From: Actinomycetota bacterium | GTDB taxonomy: Bacteria; Actinomycetota; Acidimicrobiia; Acidimicrobiales; Ilumatobacteraceae | Direction of reading: 5' to 3' | Assembly (NCBI GenBank): GCA_041175365.1 | Contig: JBEDFA010000023.1 | Location: 10,738-74,737 of the forward strand | Length of the DNA stretch: 64,000 nucleotides | Shown here: in pieces, positions 29,683 to 37,901 of the stretch | Layout of the letters: each line of letters opens with the position of its first letter | Numbering within the stretch: the stretch's first letter is position 1 | Position numbers and translations under genes: made by a program | The notes under the pieces: model-generated | Seen by the model: the letters and a program-made list of their open reading frames with translations, nothing else | Databases searched by the model: none | What the model was told of the DNA's origin: nothing

Positions 29683-30558
29683 GTGAAGTCGATGAGCGCA
29701 AGGGACAGGTTGACAACAGATCGATTGGTGCTTCGTCGATGGATTGATGACGATCGCGCACCATTTGCCGAGTTGAACGCTGACCCTGAAGTGATGCGGT
29801 ACTTCCCGCAGACAATGACTAGGGATCAATCCGATGCCATGGTTGATCGCATCGAACTTGGCTTTGAAGAGAATGGATTCGGACTCTGGGCTATTGAGAT
29901 TGAAGGACGATTTGCTGGTTTCACTGGACTGAATCGCACCACGTTTGAAACGCCAATGGGGCCCCACGTGGAGATTGGGTGGCGTCTCGCAACATGGGCA
30001 TGGGGTCAGGGATATGCAAGCGAGGCGGCAAGGTACGTTCTTGCTGAGGCTTTCGGGAGCCTCGGACTCACGGAGGTGTATTCATTCACCACTGAAACAA
30101 ACGCACCGAGTGAAGCGGTGATGAGGCGGATTGGAATGACTCGTCGACCTGATCTTGACTTTGATCATCCGAATACACCGGGATGGTGGGGTGCGAAGCA
30201 CATTGTCTATCGAGCACAACCAATGAACACGGTGGACGTCCCGACTTGCATCACGATGTACCTAGCCGCACATGATCAGCGAGATGCGATGACTGCACTT
30301 GCTCAGTTCGCAAATAATGCGTGCGTTATTGACGATGGCAAGACATACGAGGGAATCAGCGGAGTGGAAACGTTTCTGCGTAAAGCAGGTTCGGAATACA
30401 CCTACACCCGCACATTGATTTCTGCGCAAGAGATGACTGCTGAACGTTGGCGAGTGACGAACCGTCTTGAAGGAAACTTTCCCGGTGGACAAGTGGATCT
30501 GTCGTACGAGTTTGACCTTCTCGATGGTCTCATTGCTCGTCTCGTGATTGCTCCGTAA
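29683..30558 (+). CDS. GNAT N-acetyltransferase fused to an NTF2/SnoaL-like C-terminal domain
   Basis: The N-terminal ~190 aa are RimJ/L-like (TDRLVLRRW..DR..FAELNADPEVMRYF ... WGQGYASEAA). The C-terminal ~105 aa (MYLAAHDQRDAMTALAQFA..DG.TYEG) look SnoaL-like, but that domain call is tentative. Confidence 0.65.
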   Translation: MKSMSARDRLTTDRLVLRRWIDDDRAPFAELNADPEVMRYFPQTMTRDQSDAMVDRIELGFEENGFGLWAIEIEGRFAGFTGLNRTTFETPMGPHVEIGWRLATWAWGQGYASEAARYVLAEAFGSLGLTEVYSFTTETNAPSEAVMRRIGMTRRPDLDFDHPNTPGWWGAKHIVYRAQPMNTVDVPTCITMYLAAHDQRDAMTALAQFANNACVIDDGKTYEGISGVETFLRKAGSEYTYTRTLISAQEMTAERWRVTNRLEGNFPGGQVDLSYEFDLLDGLIARLVIAP

Positions 30559-30589
30559 CCGCTGTTAGTACTCCACTAGTTCGTGCCAA

Positions 30590-31150
30590 ATGGTGCGTAC
30601 ATTGTTGTTTATGGGCGATGAGATAATTCCGGACGATAAGAACTGGACGTGGGTCCTTGAGAAGCCTTGCGATGACTGCGGTTTCAGAGCATCAGAGTTT
30701 GATGTATTGAAAACTGGCAAAGCGCTTCGTGATCTGGCGTCTCGATGGGAGATAGTTCTTCAACAAAGTGGGGCAACGGTCAGGCCAAAGCCAAACGTGT
30801 GGTCACCAACGGAATACGGATGTCATGTTCGGGATGTATTCCGAAAGTTTGACGAACGATTGCAACTGATGATTGAGGAACTTGATCCTCGATTTGAAAA
30901 CTGGGATCAAGACAAGACGGCTATTGAAGATGATTATGAACATCAGAATCCTTCAGTCGTTTCCGCCGAGTTGAAGGATTCGGCTCAATTGCTTGCGCGT
31001 CGCTTTGATGCAGTGCGTTCAGATCAATGGTCACGTCGCGGATTCCGCAGCGATGGCTCGGCATTTACTGTTGCATCAATAGCTCAATATCTGATGCATG
31101 ATCCGATTCACCACTTGTGGGATGTCGGCTCAGAAGTTCCTCGGTACTGA
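30590..31150 (+). CDS. DinB-superfamily protein
   Basis: It has a predicted helical-bundle pattern with conserved His residues (..EYGCHVRD.. and ..LMHDPIHHLWD). The start could instead be ATG 30611. The assignment is tentative. Confidence 0.55.
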   Translation: MVRTLLFMGDEIIPDDKNWTWVLEKPCDDCGFRASEFDVLKTGKALRDLASRWEIVLQQSGATVRPKPNVWSPTEYGCHVRDVFRKFDERLQLMIEELDPRFENWDQDKTAIEDDYEHQNPSVVSAELKDSAQLLARRFDAVRSDQWSRRGFRSDGSAFTVASIAQYLMHDPIHHLWDVGSEVPRY

Positions 31151-31169
31151 GAGCACCTAAGGTCTTCCT

Positions 31170-31574
31170 ATGAAACAAAAACTGTCTCTTGTCACGCTGG
31201 GTGTCGCGGACCTTGAACGTTCTGTTCAGTTTTATGAATCTTTGGGATGGACGTCTCTTCATCGGGCCCCTGATGCAGATGTCGCTTTTTTTGAGATGGG
31301 TGGAGTCCATCTTTCTTTGTTTGGCCGCGAGGACCTAGCAGCAGATATCGGACGAGCGTTTGAAGCGCCAGTAAAAAACTCTGCTTTCACTCTGGCTCAT
31401 AATGAAACTTCAGAAGCAGAAGTTGATCGAGCATTTGCAGAGTTCATCGCAGCTGGTGCAACGGAAGTGAAGCACCCAGCCCCGACGGCGTGGGGCGGTT
31501 ACTCCGGTTACGTTGCTGACCCTGATGGCCACCTTTGGGAAGTGGCGTTCAATCCATTTAGTGACTGGACTTAG
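31170..31574 (+). CDS. VOC-family (glyoxalase/bleomycin-resistance) protein
   Basis: The pattern is LVTLGVADLERSVQFYE.LGW ... YVADPDGHLWEVA, which is typical of VOC proteins. Confidence 0.8.
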   Translation: MKQKLSLVTLGVADLERSVQFYESLGWTSLHRAPDADVAFFEMGGVHLSLFGREDLAADIGRAFEAPVKNSAFTLAHNETSEAEVDRAFAEFIAAGATEVKHPAPTAWGGYSGYVADPDGHLWEVAFNPFSDWT

Positions 31575-31891
31575 TCGTCCTCTGAATTTTCGATGGTGAC
31601 GGGGTAGCTGCCGCCAAGACGGAAGATGAGATCTGTCTCAACGTCACCGGCGCCGCCCGTGCGCTCGTACGTTTCAGTAGCTAGTGGTGCGTGATGGGCG
31701 CAATACATCTCCTGCGTGATGACATTTCCCGCATCATCAAGGCGCGTTGCAACGAACCGACTATCCGCGCGGCATGAAACGCATGGTGTGTATCCAACCT
31801 TCCAGATGTGCATCCAGTGTCGCTCCTCGACGAACAATCGTTGGCTGTCATCATCAGATCGGGCCTTGAACTCCGATGGGTTCGTACTCAT
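31571..31891 (-). CDS. Hypothetical protein (106 aa)
   Basis: It is the only long ORF in this slot. It overlaps the convergent VOC gene by 4 nt. It contains CVSC and a later CAHH. I recognise no family. Confidence 0.4.
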   Translation of the reverse strand: MSTNPSEFKARSDDDSQRLFVEERHWMHIWKVGYTPCVSCRADSRFVATRLDDAGNVITQEMYCAHHAPLATETYERTGGAGDVETDLIFRLGGSYPVTIENSEDD

Positions 31892-32091
31892 TGCTGGCTC
31901 CTCTTGTTGAGGACATCAAAGGCCCGGATGTTTACGCGATGCGCCTCATCCCCTTGCGGGTAGCACCGTGGCCAGGTGGCTCGGTTGCTGGATCTCCATG
32001 GGGGAGACCTCTCTTGATGTCGTTGTCAAAGTAGCTCGGGGGTGGGTCAATGTGTGGCGGCTATCTAATGTGGTCATTGTTATTTCAATAG

Positions 32092-32673
32092 ATGTGGAAG
32101 CGCAGTATGGGTATTGAATTTCGCAAGAGCGCTCATGCGGATCTGTCGCTGATCTGCAGCACATTTGCCCGATCATTCTGGGATGACCCAGTCATGCGGT
32201 GGCTCTTTCCCAGCGATGACGTCTTTCGCGACGGCTCCGTGATGCAAGGCTTCTTTCAGCGAGTGATGGCGCATGACTGCACGTTGGTGACCCCAGATGT
32301 CGCAGCATTTTCTATGTGGATTCCTCCAACAAGGCCCGAGATCGATATTGACACAGGTCCCAGCGAACCGCCCACAGAAGAGATGCTGACGAAGTTCATT
32401 GCACTAGGTGAAGCTCTTGTTGTAAACACGCCCGAAGAGCATCACTGGTATTTACAGATGGTGGGAACACATCCAGATTGGCAGCGCCGTGGCATCGGGT
32501 CGACTTTGATTCGCGAAGGACTTTCATGGGCCGAACGCGATGGAGTGGGTGTGTATCTGGAAACAGAGACAATTGAGAACGTTGCGTACTACCGACACCT
32601 TGGATTTGAGGTGCGTACCGAATGGGATGTTGCAGCCGGCGGTCCTCACATGTGGGGCATGTGGCATCATTGA
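32092..32673 (+). CDS. GNAT-family N-acetyltransferase
   Basis: The acetyl-CoA binding motif is HPDWQRRGIGSTLI, followed by YLET....NV.YYRHLGF. ATG 32107 is an alternative start. Confidence 0.75.
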   Translation: MWKRSMGIEFRKSAHADLSLICSTFARSFWDDPVMRWLFPSDDVFRDGSVMQGFFQRVMAHDCTLVTPDVAAFSMWIPPTRPEIDIDTGPSEPPTEEMLTKFIALGEALVVNTPEEHHWYLQMVGTHPDWQRRGIGSTLIREGLSWAERDGVGVYLETETIENVAYYRHLGFEVRTEWDVAAGGPHMWGMWHH

Positions 32674-32676
32674 TTT

Positions 32677-32889
32677 ATGGCTGAAGAGAAAGTGAAGGGC
32701 CCAGCGTCCTACTTCCCATCAATTGAAAAGAAGTATGGGAAGCCAATCTCGCATTGGAAATCTTTGTTGAAGAAAATGAAGGGTGCGAAGCACTCGGAGA
32801 TGGTCGCCATATTGAAAACCGAACATGAGATGGGTCATGGTCACGCGAATGCAATTGTGGCTCATTACCGAGCTGAAAACGGCTTGTAG
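32677..32889 (+). CDS. DUF4287-domain protein (70 aa)
   Basis: The pattern is SYFPSIEKKYGKPISHW ... EHEMGHGHANAIVAHY. It is a paralogue of the N-terminal domain of 34715..35269. Confidence 0.65.
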   Translation: MAEEKVKGPASYFPSIEKKYGKPISHWKSLLKKMKGAKHSEMVAILKTEHEMGHGHANAIVAHYRAENGL

Positions 32890-32909
32890 ATCAGCTTCGG
32901 AAGGCAGTC

Positions 32910-33203
32910 ATGATTCTTGAACAGGCACTGTTGTGTGTCGTCCCCGGCAGAGAGCTTGAATTTCAGGAAGCTTTCTCAGAGGCGCAACAGATCATCGAGA
33001 AGATGCCCGGATTCATCAGCCTGCGTTTGGCTCGCGGAATTGAATCATCTAGCAATTACTTGTTACTAGTTGAGTGGAACGCGTTGGAAGACCACACTGA
33101 GGGATTTCGTCGCTCGGCCGAATATCTGCGATGGAAAGAACTTCTCCATCATTTCTACGAGCCCTTTCCAGTGGTGGAGCACTTCATAGACATTGTTTGG
33201 TAA
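32910..33203 (+). CDS. Antibiotic-biosynthesis-monooxygenase (ABM/Dabb) family protein
   Basis: 97 aa with a ferredoxin-like pattern (GFISLRLARGIE..NYLLLVEWNALEDH..FR.S). Confidence 0.7.
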   Translation: MILEQALLCVVPGRELEFQEAFSEAQQIIEKMPGFISLRLARGIESSSNYLLLVEWNALEDHTEGFRRSAEYLRWKELLHHFYEPFPVVEHFIDIVW

Positions 33204-33225
33204 CTGATTTATCTATATTTGCTGG

Positions 33226-33903
33226 ATGCCAGATGACATCTCACAACCTTCTCCGCTGAGTGATCGCACCACCGTGCGACGTGGTGCAAAGCGGGCCGAA
33301 TATGGCGTCTCGCAGATGCGGGAGATTCTCAAGGCAGGAACCGTCGCGCATGTTGCGGTCAATACCGATGAGGGTCCACTTGTTCTTCCAATGGTTTACG
33401 GAATCAGTGAAGACACGTTGTACTTGCACGGGGCTTTGGCAAACTCGCTTTTGAAGGCAGGTGCGGATCATCAGATTTGTGCAACAATCACGATTCTTGA
33501 TGGACTTGTTTTCGCAAAGAGTCCATTTAGCCACTCAATGAATTATCGAAGTGTGGTGGTTCGTGGACAGGCTCGGGTCGTGTCCGAGGCGCAAGAGACT
33601 CTTCGCGCGTTGCAGCTGATGACGGACCATGTTGTTCCGACCTGGGATGTGACACGGCCATTGAATGATTCAGAGATTCGCGCAACCCGCGTCATTGCAC
33701 TTCCGTTAACGGAGATGTCTGCCAAGATTCGGAGAGGGGGCGCAATTAATGATCCAGAAGATGCGGATGCTCCGTACTGGGCGGGCCATATTCCTCTGAC
33801 GACAGTCTTTGGTGAACCGGTGCCGAATGAGGATGCGATTGGTCCGATTCCTCCGTCAATTTCGACACTGCCCGGTCACGATATTCATGCTCCTCGGCGT
33901 TAA
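33226..33903 (+). CDS. Pyridoxamine 5'-phosphate oxidase-family flavoprotein
   Basis: The pattern is G.VAHVAVNTDEGPLVLPMVYG...DTLYLHGA, typical of the Pyridox_ox_2/NimA-like group. Its stop shares the tetranucleotide TTAA with the convergent heliorhodopsin stop. Confidence 0.72.
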   Translation: MPDDISQPSPLSDRTTVRRGAKRAEYGVSQMREILKAGTVAHVAVNTDEGPLVLPMVYGISEDTLYLHGALANSLLKAGADHQICATITILDGLVFAKSPFSHSMNYRSVVVRGQARVVSEAQETLRALQLMTDHVVPTWDVTRPLNDSEIRATRVIALPLTEMSAKIRRGGAINDPEDADAPYWAGHIPLTTVFGEPVPNEDAIGPIPPSISTLPGHDIHAPRR

Positions 33904-34655
33904 ACGAGTGCGCCGGTGAAGACCTGCCACGCAAGCAGTGACTTCGCTACAAAACTCAGGATGATGTACCAACGCTCTCCATAGAGATAGTCAGCCCATT
34001 TTCCTTCCGCCTTGTACTGCTTCCATTGCACGAGAGCAAAGCAGTTGAAGAAGATGAACAGCGAAATCACAATGCCGATGACGAAGCCAGGAACAGTGGT
34101 TTCTGGTGGACCACTGGGGGACAGCATGTTGATGAAAATGGCGACCCAGGGGACTGCGCCAGCGATGCAACCGAACCAGAACGGACGCATATCGCCACTA
34201 CCTGGCTCAACGTAACGCTCTTGCAACCAGCCGAAGAGAATCATGCTGACATTCACGCCGAAGATTGCGATGAGCGCGATGTAGTCAGTGACGCCATTCA
34301 GTTGAAGAATGATGACAATCATGATGGACGATGAGAGCGAATATTCAATCCATCGGTAGATGTTGATGTGTCGCTTCAATCCGTCGACGTACTTGGGAAA
34401 GATGGGGCCAGAGCTGACGAAGAAATGGAAGAACGCCGAGAGCGCCATAAAGGCCGCAACGGTGTAGCTGATGTTCAGACTGAAGAGCTCAATAGGAGCA
34501 GCAAAGCTTCCGGTGCCAGGCGCATCCGACATGTAGGTCGCGATAACTGGCAACGATGCATCTGTGGAGAGGAAAAGAATCGCAAGAAGGGAAAACAGGT
34601 GAAGAAACCCTGCAGTCATATTCAGTTTTCGCAAGTTCTTGAATTGGATGTCCAT
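33900..34655 (-). CDS. Heliorhodopsin
   Basis: 251 aa with 7 TM segments. By eye it aligns end to end with the prototype 48C12 as I recall it. Shared blocks are FLHLF (H19), FFHFFVSSG (H77), YRWIEYSLSSSIMIV (E104), IFGVNVSMILFGWLQE, PFWFGCIAGAVPW, VPGFVIGIVISLFIFFNCFALVQ and GERWYIILSFVAKSLLAWQ (Lys238 at the Schiff-base position). An SD (AAGGA) lies 8 nt upstream. Confidence 0.93.
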   Translation of the reverse strand: MDIQFKNLRKLNMTAGFLHLFSLLAILFLSTDASLPVIATYMSDAPGTGSFAAPIELFSLNISYTVAAFMALSAFFHFFVSSGPIFPKYVDGLKRHINIYRWIEYSLSSSIMIVIILQLNGVTDYIALIAIFGVNVSMILFGWLQERYVEPGSGDMRPFWFGCIAGAVPWVAIFINMLSPSGPPETTVPGFVIGIVISLFIFFNCFALVQWKQYKAEGKWADYLYGERWYIILSFVAKSLLAWQVFTGALV

Positions 34656-34714
34656 TTCTACATCCTTTCATGAATTGCAGAGTGAATGCTTTGTTCGCTT
34701 GGCGCAGAGAGAGA

Positions 34715-35269
34715 TTAGGACAATTCGCTCAATCGATCTTTGACAATCGCACGCATGAAAGGTCCATCAACTTTCCAGTCAAACGGCACCTTAAAAGTCT
34801 TTTTATTGGATTCGTACTTCTCGAGTTTCTTAGCAAAAGTCTTCACGAAGTCCTTATTGAAAGGACCAATAGTGAGATGGTTTTTTGAAACCGAGATTCC
34901 CAGAATGTATTGGTCGTCAATCTTGAGCATCGGCTGATTCCACGCCATCACTAACTCAAGGTCCGAATATGTGGTGGTGATGCTTGCAAAGATTTCTTTG
35001 ATTTTCTTCGCTACAGCAGGGTCGAGCGTCTTGAAGAAATCGGCGGGATTAGTGAATTTCTTTGATGTGGTGGAGCCACGCACGTACATCACCAATGCAT
35101 TGGCGTGAGCTTGACTGAAGCCATGCTCTTCGCGCAGGTAGGCAATCTGTTCGGGGTACTTTGCATCACCAAGATCTCGAAGACGGTCTATCCAGATACT
35201 GATTGGTCCACCGTGCTTCTTCTCGATGAGTGGGAAGAATTTGGTCCGGTCTCCGTCGTTTGCAGGCAT
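34715..35269 (-). CDS. DUF4287 domain fused to a YdhG/DUF1801-like domain
   Basis: The N-terminus (FFPLIEKKHGGPISIW...EEHGFSQAHANALVMY) is paralogous to 32677..32889. The C-terminal ~110 aa resemble the YdhG-like fold family, but that call is tentative. Confidence 0.6.
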   Translation of the reverse strand: MPANDGDRTKFFPLIEKKHGGPISIWIDRLRDLGDAKYPEQIAYLREEHGFSQAHANALVMYVRGSTTSKKFTNPADFFKTLDPAVAKKIKEIFASITTTYSDLELVMAWNQPMLKIDDQYILGISVSKNHLTIGPFNKDFVKTFAKKLEKYESNKKTFKVPFDWKVDGPFMRAIVKDRLSELS

Positions 35270-35278
35270 AAGGAAACG

Positions 35279-35752
35279 TTAGGCAGGTTTGGTGAGGTCG
35301 GCGATGATGATCTTGCGCATCTGCATCATTGCTTGCATTGCATAGCTGGAGACTTGAGGATCGCTTGATGAAAGTGCTTGCGGTAACGCCCTGGGAATGA
35401 TTTGCCAGCTGACGCCGAACTTGTCTTTACACCAGCCGCACTGGCTTTCCGCTCCACCGTTTACAGTCAACGAATTCCAAAGATGGTCCACTTCTTCTTG
35501 TGTGTCACATGCAACCTGGAACGAGATTGCCTCGGTATGAGGGAATTGTGGTCCACCGTTGAGGCATACAAATGGCTGACCAAATATCTCAAACTCCGCC
35601 GTCAGCACCGTGCCTGCGGGCAGTTGGCTACCTTCGGGGTAGTACGAGATATTTCCCAGTTTTGATTGAGGGAAAAGAGAGACGTAGAAATTCGCAGCCT
35701 GTTCTGCTTCGCGGTCAAACCAGAGAAATGTTGTAATGCCTGAGACTGTCAT
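35279..35752 (-). CDS. PhnB/YjdN-like VOC-superfamily protein (3-demethylubiquinone-9 3-methyltransferase-domain family)
   Basis: It has ITTFLWFD..AEQAANFYVSLF ... CGWCKDKFGVSWQI, the characteristic signature of this family. Confidence 0.75.
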   Translation of the reverse strand: MTVSGITTFLWFDREAEQAANFYVSLFPQSKLGNISYYPEGSQLPAGTVLTAEFEIFGQPFVCLNGGPQFPHTEAISFQVACDTQEEVDHLWNSLTVNGGAESQCGWCKDKFGVSWQIIPRALPQALSSSDPQVSSYAMQAMMQMRKIIIADLTKPA

Positions 35753-35791
35753 TGCGCAAGTCTAGGGAGAGAAGAGGTTCCCCCTTGTTGA

Positions 35792-36451
35792 TTACGAGGC
35801 TTGAAGAAGCCCCGCAACAATGTCTGCCGCAACAGTTCGCACCGGGCGCTGTTCGCGACGCGCGATACAGCGCATCTCGTGAAAGGCCGATGGGAAATCC
35901 ATCTTGTTTCGTTCAGCAAGAATTCCTTTGGCCTGCTCAATGATGACGCGACTATCGAGAGCGCCCTGTAGCTGGGTGACAAGTGAATGTGCCTGATGAA
36001 TGCGATGGGTCTGATCAATTGTCGTTGCAGCAATATCAGCGATGCTCTGTAGCACGGCGATGGAATGTTCACCCAGTGCACTCATGCCAGTACTGGAGAG
36101 ATGGATAACGCCGAGAACTGCGCCTCGAACTCGCAGCGGAAATGAGTATTCACAAATGAGATCTCCACCATTTCCAATGACGGAGAATTCCGGTTGCAAG
36201 GTGTTAATTGCCCGTTGCGAGAGATATGGGAGCACCTCATCAATGGTGTTTGACTGTCGGTTGCTGCGGACGGTGATGGCCCGCTCGTTGCCTATGGGCA
36301 GCATCGCAATCTCGCCGGTTTCCAGCCCTGTTGCTTCCAAGCAATACGTCAACAACATGTGAAGTCCATCCGAATCAACAGATTCACAAAATATGTCTGT
36401 CATATCTGCAAACATCTCGGCGATTTCTCGTGTGTCGTTATTCAAATTCAT
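35792..36451 (-). CDS. GAF-ANTAR RNA-binding regulator
   Basis: The C-terminal ANTAR motif is LQGALDSRVIIEQAKGILAERNKMDFPSAFHEMRCIARREQRPVRTVAADIV. The N-terminal ~150 aa are GAF-like. There is no receiver domain. A GGGAGG SD lies upstream. Confidence 0.8.
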   Translation of the reverse strand: MNLNNDTREIAEMFADMTDIFCESVDSDGLHMLLTYCLEATGLETGEIAMLPIGNERAITVRSNRQSNTIDEVLPYLSQRAINTLQPEFSVIGNGGDLICEYSFPLRVRGAVLGVIHLSSTGMSALGEHSIAVLQSIADIAATTIDQTHRIHQAHSLVTQLQGALDSRVIIEQAKGILAERNKMDFPSAFHEMRCIARREQRPVRTVAADIVAGLLQAS

Positions 36452-36562
36452 GGTTGCCTCCCAATTGATCTACATCACACCTGAAAATTGATCATGAACG
36501 ACATGTCGTAAATACTGAATTGAATGAACCTTCGTACTTGTGCGAAATATTCCGTATGAAGA

Positions 36563-37672
36563 TCACTTGCGATAGTTATCTGCCTGTGAGATATAGCGCG
36601 CGTAGTTGTCGGCGCGAGCCTCGAAACGGCTAAGAGTCATGCCGTAGGTGAATTTAAATGACTCGAGGAAATCACCAGATTCGCGCATATGGGAGTAGAG
36701 AGAAATGATTTTTGTGAGACCTCCGTAATTTGCAATCAGAAGTTCCAGCGCAGCAGCTCCGCGTAGATATTCACATCCCCCGGGGAGTTCACTGTTGCCA
36801 CGAAAGGTAGTGAGTCTCGCGCTACAAGTACTTTGCCAATTAGAAAATTTGCGCAACCGAATGACATGGAAATGCATATAGGTCATTCGTCCCTTGGAGG
36901 CCTTGACGCGAGAGAGACCACTAACAATCTCAGCTAGACCTTCTCTGAACCAAGCTGGCTCATTGTCCGGAATAAAACCATCTGTCAGTCGATTTCGTGC
37001 GACGTGCGTCCACTCGTGAGCAAGGCCAGAAAGATTTCTATCAACGAGAATATAGGACGTTGCAGAAATGGGCGGCTCTGGTTTTTGCTCCATGGCACTA
37101 GTAATTGTTTGGGAAATTGATCGGACAAAGAGATAGCCCGTGAGATTGATCACTATGACACTGCGATTGCAGATTGTGGCGCCCATGATGTATGCGCCTT
37201 CATACAGTGCAAGATTTGGCTGACAGCCAAGTGCATTAACTTGGGTTCGAAGAAACTCTTGAGTTCTACCAATAATCACGACAATGGATTTTGTTGCGTC
37301 ATTAATTGGAACGGAGAGAAATGCTCGAGCAGCGTGGAAAGCTTCAATTCCCAAAGCGATGGTGGGGGAATTTGCAGCAGAAGGTTCGATCCGCCAGCGA
37401 ATGAGGTTGATGGGAGGTGGCGAGGCTGAGTCCCAATTGATTGCCAAATCTTGCAGGCGGCGAACAATATCCACTTCAGATTTTGCAAGTCTCGTGCGAA
37501 TGGGGGCTACATAAAATCCGTAAGGCGGCCGAATGGTGACAAGCTTTGTGGGTTCTAGAACCAAGGGTCGCTGTGCCTCGACAGTTCTCGGTTGTGTGTG
37601 CGCAGTTGTCGATGATGAAAAGACTGTTGTTGCGATAATTGCAGTAACTGCGACATGCCAGAACTTCTTCAT
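36563..37672 (-). CDS. Secreted protein with HExxH zinc-protease motif
   Basis: It has a signal peptide (MKKFWHVAVTAIIATTVFSSSTTAHT) and a single HEWTH motif followed by AWFREGLAE (a possible third ligand). The gene is A/T-richer than the core genes. I recognise no specific family. Confidence 0.55.
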   Translation of the reverse strand: MKKFWHVAVTAIIATTVFSSSTTAHTQPRTVEAQRPLVLEPTKLVTIRPPYGFYVAPIRTRLAKSEVDIVRRLQDLAINWDSASPPPINLIRWRIEPSAANSPTIALGIEAFHAARAFLSVPINDATKSIVVIIGRTQEFLRTQVNALGCQPNLALYEGAYIMGATICNRSVIVINLTGYLFVRSISQTITSAMEQKPEPPISATSYILVDRNLSGLAHEWTHVARNRLTDGFIPDNEPAWFREGLAEIVSGLSRVKASKGRMTYMHFHVIRLRKFSNWQSTCSARLTTFRGNSELPGGCEYLRGAAALELLIANYGGLTKIISLYSHMRESGDFLESFKFTYGMTLSRFEARADNYARYISQADNYRK

Positions 37673-37901
37673 ATTTTGAACTTACGCAACGCAAGTAAAA
37701 ATTACTGCAATGTGGTGTAGGCAGGTACTTCTGACTTCGGTGTGAGTATCTCTGTTCATTGAGTTGCGCGCCTTGTCTTTGTACTTTGCAGACGTGCATC
37801 ATTTGATGATCCACACATGACTCAGGACCAGAGTCTGTACACACAGCGCTGCGCAACCCCGGACATTCGGTTGGGCTTCCGTAACAACAAGGAAGATCAA
37901 C

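Noticed and set aside
37673-37901. Search for an ANTAR target (two tandem hairpins with hexaloops carrying A at position 1 and G at position 4) in the divergent region between the HExxH and surface-protein genes, and in 36452-36562
   Set aside because: I found only weak 4-5 bp stems with loops of the wrong size or sequence. Nothing matches the dual-hexaloop pattern, so no target RNA is claimed.
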